From Candidatus Magasanikiibacteriota bacterium (lineage in GTDB: Bacteria; Patescibacteriota; Patescibacteriia; Magasanikbacterales; GWA2-37-8): a stretch of 64,000 nucleotides of DNA. The stretch spans positions 29,144-93,143 of the forward strand of contig JAUSEN010000009.1 of assembly GCA_030650025.1 (NCBI GenBank). Direction: 5' to 3'. The position numbers were made by a program, and so were the translations under genes. Positions 30,022 through 39,693 of this stretch are shown piece after piece. Each line of letters opens with the position of its first letter. Position 1 is the stretch's first letter. Under the pieces are notes generated by a model that saw only the letters and a list, made by a program, of their open reading frames with translations, was not told the DNA's origin and ran no database searches.

Positions 30022-30271
30022 AGGAAATATTTTTGTAACCACTGATTCTGATTCACAGGAGGAGCGCCGCCAAAAAGGATTTGCTCGACTTTACATTGAC
30101 CACCACATCGCTCATGACGCCGCGTCTCATTATCCCGATCTTGAACGCGCCGTCTCTAAGTACGCCGCTGATCCTGAAAGTTTGGCAAAAATAGTGAGAG
30201 GCATGGAAATCATCAGCGCGGCAAAGCAGAAGTTCTATCAAAGTTTGGAGCCAATACAAGGCCAAAAATAA
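30014..30271 (+). pseudogene. 5'-truncated fragment of a heme-oxygenase-like (TenA/PqqC/CADD-type) protein
   Basis: Frame with no start near its 5' end: ...ARLYIDHHIAHDAASHY...IVRGMEIISAAKQKFYQSL...*. Confidence 0.45.
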
Positions 30272-30310
30272 GCGGAGTATTTTTTCCAGTTAATTAATAA
30301 ATTCCTCACT

Positions 30311-30898
30311 ATGCTATATACAGCCAAAAATTACGACGCTCTCCTCGGCACGCCCGGGTTTAGCGACCAATTATTAAAAAATCATTTTACATTATATCAA
30401 GGGTACGTTACCAACGTAAATAAATTGTCCGAAATTTTAACGGCGATGTTAAACGATGGCCGTAGCAACACGCCGGAATTTGCCGAAACCAAACGCCGGT
30501 TTGGCTGGGAGTTTAACGGTATGCGCCTGCACGAACTGTACTTTGGCAATATGTCCAAAAACGGTTCAGAGCCAATAGCCAGTGGTTCAAAGTTGTACGA
30601 AAAAATAATCGCGGATTTTGGCTCCTTTGAGTCGTGGGAAAAAGATTTTAAAGCCGTGGGAATGATGCGCGGCATTGGCTGGGCGATTTTGTATCATGAT
30701 AAAGAAGCCGACCGCCTTTTTAACGTTTGGATTAATGAGCACGACGTGGGTCACTTTGCCGGTTGCGTTCCGCTTCTCGTTTTAGATGTTTTTGAACATG
30801 CCTTTATGCTGGACTATGGCACCAAACGGGCGGATTATATTACGGCGTTTATGAAGGCGATTGATTGGGGGGTTTCCGAGGGTAGATTGACAGCCTAG
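30311..30898 (+). CDS. sod: Fe/Mn superoxide dismutase
   Basis: HFTLYQGY, LHELYF, DVFEHAFMLDY. Confidence 0.93.
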   Translation: MLYTAKNYDALLGTPGFSDQLLKNHFTLYQGYVTNVNKLSEILTAMLNDGRSNTPEFAETKRRFGWEFNGMRLHELYFGNMSKNGSEPIASGSKLYEKIIADFGSFESWEKDFKAVGMMRGIGWAILYHDKEADRLFNVWINEHDVGHFAGCVPLLVLDVFEHAFMLDYGTKRADYITAFMKAIDWGVSEGRLTA

Positions 30899-30921
30899 CC
30901 AAGAATTGGTAGCATTGGTGT

Positions 30922-31209
30922 ATGACAAAAGCACTGCAGAATTTAAAAAAGCAAATTACCCCCACCTTGCGAAAATATTCGGTGGGACGGTCTTTTATTT
31001 TTGGCTCTACGGCTCGAGGCACGGCCAAAAAAACCAGCGATGTTGATCTAGTTGTTGATCTTCCAAAAAATGCCACTTTGCTGACTCTTATCTCTCTTCA
31101 GCAGGAGTTAGAAGATCGCCTCGGCCGTTCTTTCGACGTCACCACCTCTGCCGCGCTTTCACCGCGCCTGAAAAAAAATATCGCGCGTGATGCTGTTCGC
31201 GTGTTATGA
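30922..31209 (+). CDS. MntA-type minimal nucleotidyltransferase antitoxin
   Basis: FGSTARG..SDVDL motif. Confidence 0.88.
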   Translation: MTKALQNLKKQITPTLRKYSVGRSFIFGSTARGTAKKTSDVDLVVDLPKNATLLTLISLQQELEDRLGRSFDVTTSAALSPRLKKNIARDAVRVL

Positions 31210-31538
31210 AAGATCAACAGGAATATATTGATCATATTTTAGCCAGCATCGCCGCGATAAAGACGTATGTGGAGCCGCACACTAAGCAATCATTTTTTAG
31301 AGATGCGCAAGCCCAAGACGCGGTAATCCGGCGGCTCGAAATTATTGGCGAAGCCGCCCGCCACTTGTCTGACGCGCTCACCAGCCGAACTTCGCATATA
31401 GAATGGCGAGCGGTAAAAGCAATGCGCAATTTTTTGATTCACGAATATTTTAATGTCGATCTGAATTTAGTTTGGAATGTGGCGCAAAAAGATTTGCCGG
31501 TGATGAAGAAAGTATTAAGTGAATTAAAAGGTATCTAA
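31206..31538 (+). CDS. HepT/DUF86 HEPN RNase toxin
   Basis: DAVIRRLEIIGEA and MRNFLIHEY (Rx4HxY). Confidence 0.9.
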   Translation: MKDQQEYIDHILASIAAIKTYVEPHTKQSFFRDAQAQDAVIRRLEIIGEAARHLSDALTSRTSHIEWRAVKAMRNFLIHEYFNVDLNLVWNVAQKDLPVMKKVLSELKGI

Positions 31539-31539
31539 T

Positions 31540-31632
31540 TTTATGCTTGACTATGGCACCAAGCGGGCCGATTATATTGAGGCGTTTATGAAAGCGATTG
31601 ATTGGGGGGTGGTAGAAAGTCGGTTAGAGTAA
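31540..31632 (+). pseudogene. Duplicated sod 3' end (copy 2)
   Basis: Encodes FMLDYGTKRADYIEAFMKAIDWGVVESRLE*, matching sod 30803-30898. Confidence 0.9.
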
Positions 31633-31640
31633 AAATTATT

Positions 31641-32342
31641 ATGGTAGAGACAAAAGATCCCGGGAGAAATGACGCATATTGGCCTCCAGGCCAACCAATC
31701 GAATACCCGTCCCAGCCAGCCACCGAGCCGGGGGAATTAAATATTGGATTGCCAAATACTACCGAGGACATTAGAAAATTGAAAAGTATTAATGGTATTC
31801 CCATTGATCAACTCGAACTTCGCATGCGGCCGTATGATCAAACCAAAGATTTTTTTACTCCGGTTGATCCCGCGCCTATTCCCGGAGCGGAGGAACATTT
31901 GCCTCGTTTCAGTCGGTCGCAGTATGGATTTTTAGGCGAGAAAGAGTCATTAATTGAAGTCTTAGCTGATGATAACGATGAAATCGGGGCTTATGGTATG
32001 ACTCACCAAAAAGTCGGGCGTTTATTATTTGATTTAATGGAGGCCGCAGGACATGGCACCACAGAATTTGCATGTCTTGGTAATAAAATTGTCCATGTTG
32101 CCGCGGGGTTTCCTAATGGTGTTCAGGATTCGCCTTTTGGCGATGGGGTAATGGTAAATGCTGGCGCTTTAAAATTTACTAATCAAACTACCGGGCGGAC
32201 TCTCTCCTTTGATCGTTTACTGCCGCATCTTATTTATCGCTATGGTTTTTATGAAGGGCACAGCACGCAGTACCGGCTTGAACCGAAAACGATTATGGAT
32301 TTTTTTGGAATAAAGAAAAAGGGAAAAGAGCCAAACAGTTGA
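31641..32342 (+). CDS. Hypothetical protein
   Basis: ATG at 31641; LE.RMRP...S..GFLG..ESL and HLI..YGFYEG...YRLEP patterns. Confidence 0.65.
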   Translation: MVETKDPGRNDAYWPPGQPIEYPSQPATEPGELNIGLPNTTEDIRKLKSINGIPIDQLELRMRPYDQTKDFFTPVDPAPIPGAEEHLPRFSRSQYGFLGEKESLIEVLADDNDEIGAYGMTHQKVGRLLFDLMEAAGHGTTEFACLGNKIVHVAAGFPNGVQDSPFGDGVMVNAGALKFTNQTTGRTLSFDRLLPHLIYRYGFYEGHSTQYRLEPKTIMDFFGIKKKGKEPNS

Positions 32343-32344
32343 TG

Positions 32345-32392
32345 GCGCTTTTTAAGGCGATTGATTGGGTGGTTTCCGAGGGAAGATTTTAA
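32345..32392 (+). pseudogene. Duplicated sod 3' end (copy 3)
   Basis: Encodes ALFKAIDWVVSEGRF*. Confidence 0.85.
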
Positions 32393-32437
32393 AATTTTCT
32401 ATGGTAGATGGGGAACGGGTATAAGTTTTAGTTTTTT

Positions 32438-32992
32438 ATGCGTCGGCCAAGTTCTAAAGAATTACTATTAGCCAGCACGTTGGCGGCGGCAGTTGGAGCC
32501 GACCACTATGGCCGCGGCCGGGCGGACAGTCCGCCGATAGCGGCATCAGCGCCATCTGCCAGCGAACCGGCGCCTAAACCGCCGGAGGTTTGTGGCGTGC
32601 CAGCGCCGTCTGCCGAGCCAGATTCCGAGCCGCGGCTGGCGTCAGTGTTGCCGCCGCCTTCGTTTGAGCGGCCAAAAAATCCCTCAGAAATACTTATGGA
32701 AAAAATACGATTGCTTAAACAATTAGTAAGCTGGGCGGTGCCGATTGATGATGTCCAGTCCCCGGGCGCGGCTAAGCCGAGCATTACCCAGCGGCAAGCG
32801 GCCGACCAAGAAATTTTAACGCTAACCAGGGACGCTCTGGAATTTACTTCGGCTAATAAACTTACAACGGACGATTGGATAGTGGCCGAATGGCGCGGCG
32901 TGGCGATAAACGCACACCTTAACCAGTTTCACCTCACGGGCGCCGAAATAGAAGCCGCTTTGCGGCGTTGGGATAGGAGAAATAAAAAATAA
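32438..32992 (+). CDS. Hypothetical protein with signal-like N-terminus and Pro/Ala/Ser linker
   Basis: 184-aa ORF. Confidence 0.6.
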   Translation: MRRPSSKELLLASTLAAAVGADHYGRGRADSPPIAASAPSASEPAPKPPEVCGVPAPSAEPDSEPRLASVLPPPSFERPKNPSEILMEKIRLLKQLVSWAVPIDDVQSPGAAKPSITQRQAADQEILTLTRDALEFTSANKLTTDDWIVAEWRGVAINAHLNQFHLTGAEIEAALRRWDRRNKK

Positions 32993-32994
32993 TT

Positions 32995-34698
32995 ATGAAT
33001 AAGACCACCTGGCTCGTTCTCGGCGCTGTCGCCGCGGTTGTGATTATCGGTTTGGCTAGTTATTCAATTGGTTTGCAAGTGGCCAAAACAAGGATTTCCG
33101 CTGTCGCAGGTCCGGTCAAACTTGCGCCAGTTGTTACGAATACCCCAATGGATACGGCAATCACCGCGGTTACTACGCCCCCGCCCGAACCAACACCCAA
33201 AGAAAAGTATCCGCCATTTTCCGCGACCGAAATAATCAGTGGCGGTAAAATTGTCTGGCACGAACCACGTCCGATTGATTCCCTCAAGTTATTTGCTGTG
33301 GCGCAACCCGTTGACGGTTACTATGGATCAATCGAAAGCTCCGTTACCTATTATGAGGTTGGCGACATTACATATCAGGGCCAGTCGGGGAAGTTGGCTT
33401 TTATACTGGCCTATGCGGATGGTCTCGGACCGGCCGGGTATTATTTGGTGGCCAAGTATTCCACCGGCAAAGTTTTGCTAAAAAATTATTCGGATGAATT
33501 AGCGGAAGCCGCCGGGGAAATTGGGCCCGAAGGCCTCATCCGATCAGCCGTAACTCTGGACTCGGCCCTGGTAATTCCGTCTTTGACGTTTCCGGAAAAA
33601 ATTTACGGCCCCCAACCGCGGCAGACGCTGACATTTGTTCAACGCTATCACTGGCAGTGGATTCCCAATGATTTGATTAAATTATTTGACGATAAACAAG
33701 TGGGTACGGTATATACGGCTACGTCCACTAATGGCTTTTATCTCAAATCAGCCGGCCCGCTCGGCGGCGTTTACCGATTTAAGGCTGATTTTTTTGATGC
33801 CGACGAGTTAGTGCCGCAAATTATTTTTAATGATGGTACGAAAAATAAAAGCGAGTATGTTTATACGAATTTAAGCGGTTGCGGCAGTAGAGATTATGCC
33901 GCGGTCGTATCCACCGAAATTAATCGCGCTATTGATTTGCGATCGGTAGGTAAAAATGTTCACGGCGATGTCATTTATGAACTTAGGGATAATAATAGTC
34001 TGCGCTTAAAAGAACTTTATGAGCACGCTTATGTTCCGGATGGCCAGCTATCGTATGAACAATTTTTACAAATGCGTCCGCTTTTGTATTGGGTTGACCC
34101 TTTCGATCGGTTGATTGAATTAAAGAGCAGTAAATTACAGCCGGCCGCCGAATGCGGCAAGCCTGTCATTTATTTGTATCCAACAAAAACGACTCCAGTG
34201 TCGGTTAAGCTCGCGCCGCAGGGCGGCTTTACTTACAGTGAACCAGCCTATCAGGGTGGCTGGAGTGTCATCGCTGAACCAAATGGGCGGCTTACCGAAG
34301 TAAAATCCGGCCAACACTATCCCTATCTATTTTGGGAAGGCCGCGGCGGCCTTTACCAGACGCCGGATAAAGGCTGGGTGGTGCGACAGGCCGAAGTAGC
34401 TAATTTTTTAAGCGCCAAATTATCAGCTTTGGGATTAAATAGCGCCGAAATCGCCGACTTTAAAGATTTTTGGCTGCCGCGGATGCAGACTAAACCATAT
34501 TACTTTATCACCTTTATGGGCAACCGCACCATGGATCTGCTCGCGCCGCTCACGATAACGCCGCCGCCAGAAACCGTTATCCGCGTACTAATGGACTTTA
34601 CTCCGCTTGATGAGCCAAGAGCCGCAGCTGGCTTCAAAATTCGCACGCCCGAGCGCAAGGGTTTTACGGTAGTGGAATGGGGCGGAGTGTTGCGATAG
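32995..34698 (+). CDS. Membrane-anchored protein of the KPVIYLYP...VVEWGG family
   Basis: N-terminal TM; CGKPVIYLYP, YPYLFWEG, GFTVVEWGG. Confidence 0.7.
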   Translation: MNKTTWLVLGAVAAVVIIGLASYSIGLQVAKTRISAVAGPVKLAPVVTNTPMDTAITAVTTPPPEPTPKEKYPPFSATEIISGGKIVWHEPRPIDSLKLFAVAQPVDGYYGSIESSVTYYEVGDITYQGQSGKLAFILAYADGLGPAGYYLVAKYSTGKVLLKNYSDELAEAAGEIGPEGLIRSAVTLDSALVIPSLTFPEKIYGPQPRQTLTFVQRYHWQWIPNDLIKLFDDKQVGTVYTATSTNGFYLKSAGPLGGVYRFKADFFDADELVPQIIFNDGTKNKSEYVYTNLSGCGSRDYAAVVSTEINRAIDLRSVGKNVHGDVIYELRDNNSLRLKELYEHAYVPDGQLSYEQFLQMRPLLYWVDPFDRLIELKSSKLQPAAECGKPVIYLYPTKTTPVSVKLAPQGGFTYSEPAYQGGWSVIAEPNGRLTEVKSGQHYPYLFWEGRGGLYQTPDKGWVVRQAEVANFLSAKLSALGLNSAEIADFKDFWLPRMQTKPYYFITFMGNRTMDLLAPLTITPPPETVIRVLMDFTPLDEPRAAAGFKIRTPERKGFTVVEWGGVLR

Positions 34699-34717
34699 CC
34701 GATAGAATTATCCCTCT

Positions 34718-36538
34718 ATGCCAGGGCGCAGGATTATTATTTTTTTTCTCGGCCTCGCCGTTTTAGTCGGTGCGAGTTCGTTTTGGTATGGCGCCAATAC
34801 CGCGCGCTTGACCGCGGCCCTGGCGGACAGTAGCCCGGAATTTTTAGCGTTACCCACGCACCGCGCCACCAGTCTCGACCGAAGTATGTTTGAGGCTTTT
34901 GGCGCGAGCGCCGGAGAAACTGTGGTGGAGCCGGAATTGGTCCGGAGCGGAGTTATTCCGCACCATTTAATTGCCGGAAAATATATTGCGGATTTTTTTA
35001 ATAAATTAAAAATCCAAAATCCGTCCGTGGTGGCGCTGATTGGGCCTAATCATTCCAACAGCGGTGGCAATAAATTGGCAACCAGCCAGTACGCCTGGCG
35101 CACACCCTACGGCGAGCTGGCGCCGGCCGCTGATATTATCGCCAGTCTGGCGGCGAGTAAATTGGTTGTGGTTGATGAAAAAGTTATTGCTACCGAACAT
35201 AGTATCGGCGCGCTCGTGCCTTTTATCAAGCGCGCCTGGCCTAAGGCCGCGTTCCTGCCGATAATTGTTAAGAGTACGGCGTCGACCTCAACCATCAAAG
35301 AATTAGCGGTCGCGCTCAATAATATTCTCCCTAAAAACAGTCTGGTGTTGGCGAGCGTTGATTTTTCCCACTATCTTCCCCAAACAGCCGCCAATTTTCA
35401 TGACGCGCTAGCGCTCAATGTTTTGGAAACCGGGGACGCGGAGCGCGTCAATAAGATGGAAATAGACAGCCCGCCCAGCCTTTATTTTTTATTACAATAT
35501 AATAAGCTAATTGGCGCGGAAAATTTTCGGTCGGTGTTCCATACCAACAGCGCCGCTATTGTCGGCCGCCCCGATCTGGCCGAGACCACCAGCCATATTG
35601 GCGGTTACTTTGTTTCGGGCGCTCCATCGGCCGATCACGTAGTTACTCTGCAATTTTTTGGCGACATTATGCTTGATCGCAATGTGGCCAAAGCCATGGG
35701 CAAAGAAGGCTTGGATTATATATTCGCGCCCTGGCAAGCCTCGGAATACAGATTCCTCCAGGGTATGGATGTTTTATTGGCCAACCTCGAAGGCCCGTTT
35801 GCTGTTAAGCGCGTTCCCACTAGCAAATCAATCGCTTTCCGGTTCGATCCAGTGTTTGCCAGTGAATTAAAAAAATATAATTTTTCAGCTTTTAGTTTGG
35901 CCAATAATCACAGCTATGACATGGGCAGGAAAAATGTTGAGTTCACTCGTCAAACTTTGGACGCGTCGGGGTTGGGATATTTTGGCGATGAGTTAAAAGA
36001 GGGCGTGGAGCTAACGTGGTTAGCGACTTCCACCCCCGAACCGGTCGCTTTCATCGGCCTGCACAACACCTATCACGAACCAGATTTAAAAAAAGTAGAG
36101 GAGGTTCTAAGCGTTGCCAAACAAACCGCCAAATATGTTATTGTTAACATTCATTGGGGCGAAGAATATAAACAAATTTCCAATCAAAAACAGCGTAAAC
36201 TCGCCCATTGGCTTGTTGACCACGGCGCCACGGTTATAGTCGGACACCACCCGCACGTCGTTCAGGAAATGGAGTTGTATAAAGATAAGCCAATTTTCTA
36301 TTCGCTCGGCAATTTTATTTTTGATCAATATTTTTCCGCGCCCACGCAAGAAGGCCTTTCGGTGGGGTTGACTTTAGAGGGCGGGGGAGTAAAATCCATT
36401 TATCTCTTCCCGTTCTATAGCGTCAAGTCGCAGGTGTTTATGATGGAAGGGGAGCGGCGGAAGAAGTTTTTAGAGTGGTTTGGAGAAAGCAGCCAGATTG
36501 ATGGTAAGAAAATTGAAGCTGGTAGAATTGAATTATGA
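34718..36538 (+). CDS. AmmeMemoRadiSam protein B (Memo) + CapA metallophosphatase fusion
   Basis: IPHHL, GPNH, EHS, SVDFSHY then GDIMLDR, NLEGP, LANNH, HWGEEY, GHHPHV, YSLGNF. Confidence 0.88.
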   Translation: MPGRRIIIFFLGLAVLVGASSFWYGANTARLTAALADSSPEFLALPTHRATSLDRSMFEAFGASAGETVVEPELVRSGVIPHHLIAGKYIADFFNKLKIQNPSVVALIGPNHSNSGGNKLATSQYAWRTPYGELAPAADIIASLAASKLVVVDEKVIATEHSIGALVPFIKRAWPKAAFLPIIVKSTASTSTIKELAVALNNILPKNSLVLASVDFSHYLPQTAANFHDALALNVLETGDAERVNKMEIDSPPSLYFLLQYNKLIGAENFRSVFHTNSAAIVGRPDLAETTSHIGGYFVSGAPSADHVVTLQFFGDIMLDRNVAKAMGKEGLDYIFAPWQASEYRFLQGMDVLLANLEGPFAVKRVPTSKSIAFRFDPVFASELKKYNFSAFSLANNHSYDMGRKNVEFTRQTLDASGLGYFGDELKEGVELTWLATSTPEPVAFIGLHNTYHEPDLKKVEEVLSVAKQTAKYVIVNIHWGEEYKQISNQKQRKLAHWLVDHGATVIVGHHPHVVQEMELYKDKPIFYSLGNFIFDQYFSAPTQEGLSVGLTLEGGGVKSIYLFPFYSVKSQVFMMEGERRKKFLEWFGESSQIDGKKIEAGRIEL

Positions 36539-36561
36539 CTCGCATCCTCGCAAGGCCGCTC

Positions 36562-36600
36562 TTGACACTATATTCCAGTTATGATACAATATCGTCATAA
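36562..36600 (+). promoter_or_regulatory. AbiE operon promoter with operator inverted repeat
   Basis: TTGACA-N17-TACAAT; TTATGA...TCATAA flanking the -10. Confidence 0.65.
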
Positions 36601-36602
36601 AT

Positions 36603-37217
36603 ATGGATTATAGAGTAATACTTATAAATCAGCTAAAATTATTGCCTTATTTTAGCAAAAAAGACATCCTGGCGCTAAGCCGCCAGTTTGGCATAAAGGC
36701 CGAAACAGTCGCCACTTACGTCAGCCGTTCTTTAGCGCGCAAGGACATTATTTCCCTTAGAAATGGTATGTATGTGACTACTGATTTTTATAACCGGCAC
36801 GCTGGGGATATTTCGTACACTTTTTATCTGGCCAATGTACTTCGTTCGCCATCGTATGTTAGCTCATGGTCAGCTTTGCAGTATTATAATTTAGCCACCG
36901 AAGCCATCGGTACGGTTACCTCGGTTACGACAAAGCATACCAGCGCGCACAATAATAAGGCCGGCAGTTTTGCGTATCAGTCGATTAAAAAGGATTTGTT
37001 TTCGAGCTTTACCGCGGTAAATGGCAAGTTTAATTTTTTTATTGCGAGCCCCGCTAAAGCACTTTTTGATCTAGTGTATCTTAAGACGAATCATTTTCGC
37101 TGGATTAATTTTAAGACGGTGGTTGGTCTGGTAGAAGATCTACGGGTTGATATTGATGAAATGGAAATTAAAGAGCGAGATAGTTTTTATGCGTTAGTTA
37201 AAAAGTATTTAAAATAG
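36603..37217 (+). CDS. AbiEi-type antitoxin
   Basis: LRNGMY, PSYVS..SALQYYNL, IASPAKALFDLVY. Confidence 0.85.
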   Translation: MDYRVILINQLKLLPYFSKKDILALSRQFGIKAETVATYVSRSLARKDIISLRNGMYVTTDFYNRHAGDISYTFYLANVLRSPSYVSSWSALQYYNLATEAIGTVTSVTTKHTSAHNNKAGSFAYQSIKKDLFSSFTAVNGKFNFFIASPAKALFDLVYLKTNHFRWINFKTVVGLVEDLRVDIDEMEIKERDSFYALVKKYLK

Positions 37218-37219
37218 TT

Positions 37220-38500
37220 ATGGCTAACCAGCTGACCGCTATTCTTAAAAGTAAACTTGATGGTTTGTCCGCCTATGGTCCGGTGGATGCCGAAGTTAAA
37301 CGCAATGTTCTTAAAGAAGAATTACAGTTTTATGTTTTAAATTTTATTTTCCATCATCCCGTGTATGGCCAGTGGATTATGTATGGCGGGTCGGCCCTGC
37401 GAATTTGCCACAAGCTCAACCGGATGTCGGTGGATTTGGATTTTGAGATACCGCATTCGTGCGACGATAATTTTTTACGCACTTTAGCCAGCGATATTCA
37501 GAATCATTTTGTTAGCACTTACGCGGCCGGGGCGGAGTTTTTAGGCGGGTTAAAAATAACATCCGGGCGCGGTGTTACTTTAAAGTTTGTTTTGGACGGA
37601 GAATTAGACACCGGACACCACTCCAAGCAGTTGCATATTAAAATTGACCTTAATCATTTTGTTCCGCAAAAGTTAGTGATTGAAAGAATCCCCATCAACC
37701 ATGATCAGCTTTCGTTTGTCATCACTACGTATAATATGTCGGCCTTGATGGCCAGCAAAATTGCGGCAATTTTTTCGCGCAAAAAGCGCGGCGTAAATCA
37801 GGAAATATACGATGAAAAAGGCCGCGATATTTATGATTTATTGTGGTACATGGACAAAAAAATCATTCCTGATTTGGATTATTTAAAAGAGAAGGTTCCG
37901 GAAATCGCCGATTTTAAAGTATTATTTAACAAGCTCACTGTTAAAATGAATACCGTGAGCGATAAGAATTTGCGCGCTGATTTAACGCCGCTGTTTGTGG
38001 AGCAGTCATTTATCCAGAACTGGCTTAATAATTGGCGCAATAATTTTTTACGACTGGTTGAGTCTTATGATATTAGAACGGTTGTTAAATTAAAAAATAT
38101 AACAATCGGGAAGGAATTTAGGACAGATATTTTTTTCTTTCATTTCAGCTATGCGGCAAAAGAAGGACGTTTAGTTACATTCACCTATTCTTTAAGTGAT
38201 CATTGGCTAAAATTTCGAGAAGGGAATCTGTCTGAGCTAGATGTAATAGATATAAATAAAATAATTTCGTTGGTAGAGCTGATGCCAGGTCTGAAATTAG
38301 ATGACGGTCTTAAACAGTATATTTTTTTATTCTATAAAAAAATCGAAGAATATCTTAAAAAATCAAACCATGTGATTCTGGGTGATGGAATTAAAACGAA
38401 AACTATTCGTATGACTGCCGATAATCTAAATCAGGCAGAACAAATTGTACTTAATAAGTCGGCCTTACTTTCGTGTGAGTTAGAAGATTTATTAAAATAA
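37220..38500 (+). CDS. AbiEii-type nucleotidyltransferase toxin with C-terminal extension
   Basis: GGSALRICH..NRMSVDLDF, ASKIAA, KGRDIYDL. Confidence 0.88.
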   Translation: MANQLTAILKSKLDGLSAYGPVDAEVKRNVLKEELQFYVLNFIFHHPVYGQWIMYGGSALRICHKLNRMSVDLDFEIPHSCDDNFLRTLASDIQNHFVSTYAAGAEFLGGLKITSGRGVTLKFVLDGELDTGHHSKQLHIKIDLNHFVPQKLVIERIPINHDQLSFVITTYNMSALMASKIAAIFSRKKRGVNQEIYDEKGRDIYDLLWYMDKKIIPDLDYLKEKVPEIADFKVLFNKLTVKMNTVSDKNLRADLTPLFVEQSFIQNWLNNWRNNFLRLVESYDIRTVVKLKNITIGKEFRTDIFFFHFSYAAKEGRLVTFTYSLSDHWLKFREGNLSELDVIDINKIISLVELMPGLKLDDGLKQYIFLFYKKIEEYLKKSNHVILGDGIKTKTIRMTADNLNQAEQIVLNKSALLSCELEDLLK

Positions 38501-38501
38501 G

Positions 38502-38591
38502 GCCGCGCTTCAATGGAATGCGAGCCGAGCTTCAAAGGACACTGCTCGGCACGATTCTGTTGAATCGGGCATGATTTCGTCAAATCATATG
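38502..38591 (+). repeat. Double-hairpin repeat ending in the ruvC start codon
   Basis: gccgagcttcaaaggacactgctcggc...ggcatgatttcgtcaaatcatATG. Confidence 0.7.
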
Positions 38592-39083
38592 CGAATCCTC
38601 GGCATTGACCCCGGTTTTGGCCGCCTTGGCTACGGCGTGATTGAACAAAAGAAATCCGGCCAAGATTGGCAGGCTCTTACTTACGGCTGTATTTCCACCA
38701 ACCCCAAAGCCACGTTCGTGGAGCGTCTTAAAGATATCCACGAAGAGCTGGTAGATTTAATTAAAGAATATCAGCCCACCCGCGTGGCCGTGGAACAAAT
38801 TTTTTATTTCAAAAACGCCAAGACGGTTATTGACGTGGCGCAGGCGCGCGGAGTAGTAATTCTGACGGCTGTGGAAGCCGGCCTCCCGGTAGACGAATTC
38901 ACGCCCCTCCAAGTTAAACAAGCCATCACCGGCTATGGCCGAGCCGAAAAAGGCCAGATGCAAAAAATGGTGGGAGTAATTTTAAAAATTAAAGAACCAA
39001 TTAAATCCGACGACGCGGCCGATGCCTTGGCCGTGGCATTGACGGCTGGGCAAACTTTATGGCTCAAAAAATTCTTGAAATAA
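38589..39083 (+). CDS. ruvC: Holliday junction resolvase
   Basis: MRILGIDPG, AVEQ, QARGV, DDAADALA. Confidence 0.97.
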   Translation: MRILGIDPGFGRLGYGVIEQKKSGQDWQALTYGCISTNPKATFVERLKDIHEELVDLIKEYQPTRVAVEQIFYFKNAKTVIDVAQARGVVILTAVEAGLPVDEFTPLQVKQAITGYGRAEKGQMQKMVGVILKIKEPIKSDDAADALAVALTAGQTLWLKKFLK

Positions 39084-39601
39084 ACCCTAAAAAATACCCG
39101 TTTGTTTTAACCGTGCCTAACATTAGGAGCGGCCACAATGTGGGTGCTATGTTTAGGACGGCCGACGGCGCGGGCGTAGATAAAATTTATCTCTGTGGCT
39201 ATAGCCCGCGCCCGCCGCACCATCAAGTTGACAAAGTATCGCTCGGCGCCGAAAAATCCGTGCCGTGGGTAGGGGCAAGGTATGCCTTGCCCCTACTTAA
39301 GAAACTCAAAATTGCGGGTTACCACCTGGTTGCCTTGGAGCAAACCCCAAATAGTGTTAGTATATATAGGTGGAGGCCTGCCCGACTGAATGGCAGTCGT
39401 TCGGGCGGGCCACAGTTTCCACTCGCGCTTATTGTCGGCAACGAGAAGACTGGCGTTCCCCCGCCAATTTTAAAACTTTGTGACACGGTTGTGCATTTGC
39501 CCATGCGTGGCGCCAAAAATAGTTTAAATGTCAGTGTCGCCGCCGGTATTGCTCTGTATTATATTTCCGCAAAATTAATCCACGGGCATTCCCACGCCTA
39601 G
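39059..39601 (+). CDS. TrmH/SpoU RNA methyltransferase
   Basis: NVGAMFRTAD, VGNEKTG, LPMRGAKNSLNVSVA. Confidence 0.9.
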   Translation: MAQKILEINPKKYPFVLTVPNIRSGHNVGAMFRTADGAGVDKIYLCGYSPRPPHHQVDKVSLGAEKSVPWVGARYALPLLKKLKIAGYHLVALEQTPNSVSIYRWRPARLNGSRSGGPQFPLALIVGNEKTGVPPPILKLCDTVVHLPMRGAKNSLNVSVAAGIALYYISAKLIHGHSHA

Positions 39602-39693
39602 CCGCGCTGTCCTCGCCCAGAGGACAAGCGGCGTGCGAACTAAAATTTATTGTCAGCGACAGCGTCCAATCAAATATAATCCTGGTTAAATTT

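Noticed and set aside
30803-32392. sod tail repeats as DGR template/variable repeats
   Set aside because: Differences are not confined to adenines and many are synonymous; no reverse transcriptase is present.
34718-36538. Memo-CapA fusion as a novel architecture
   Set aside because: To my knowledge this fusion is already commonly annotated in CPR genomes.
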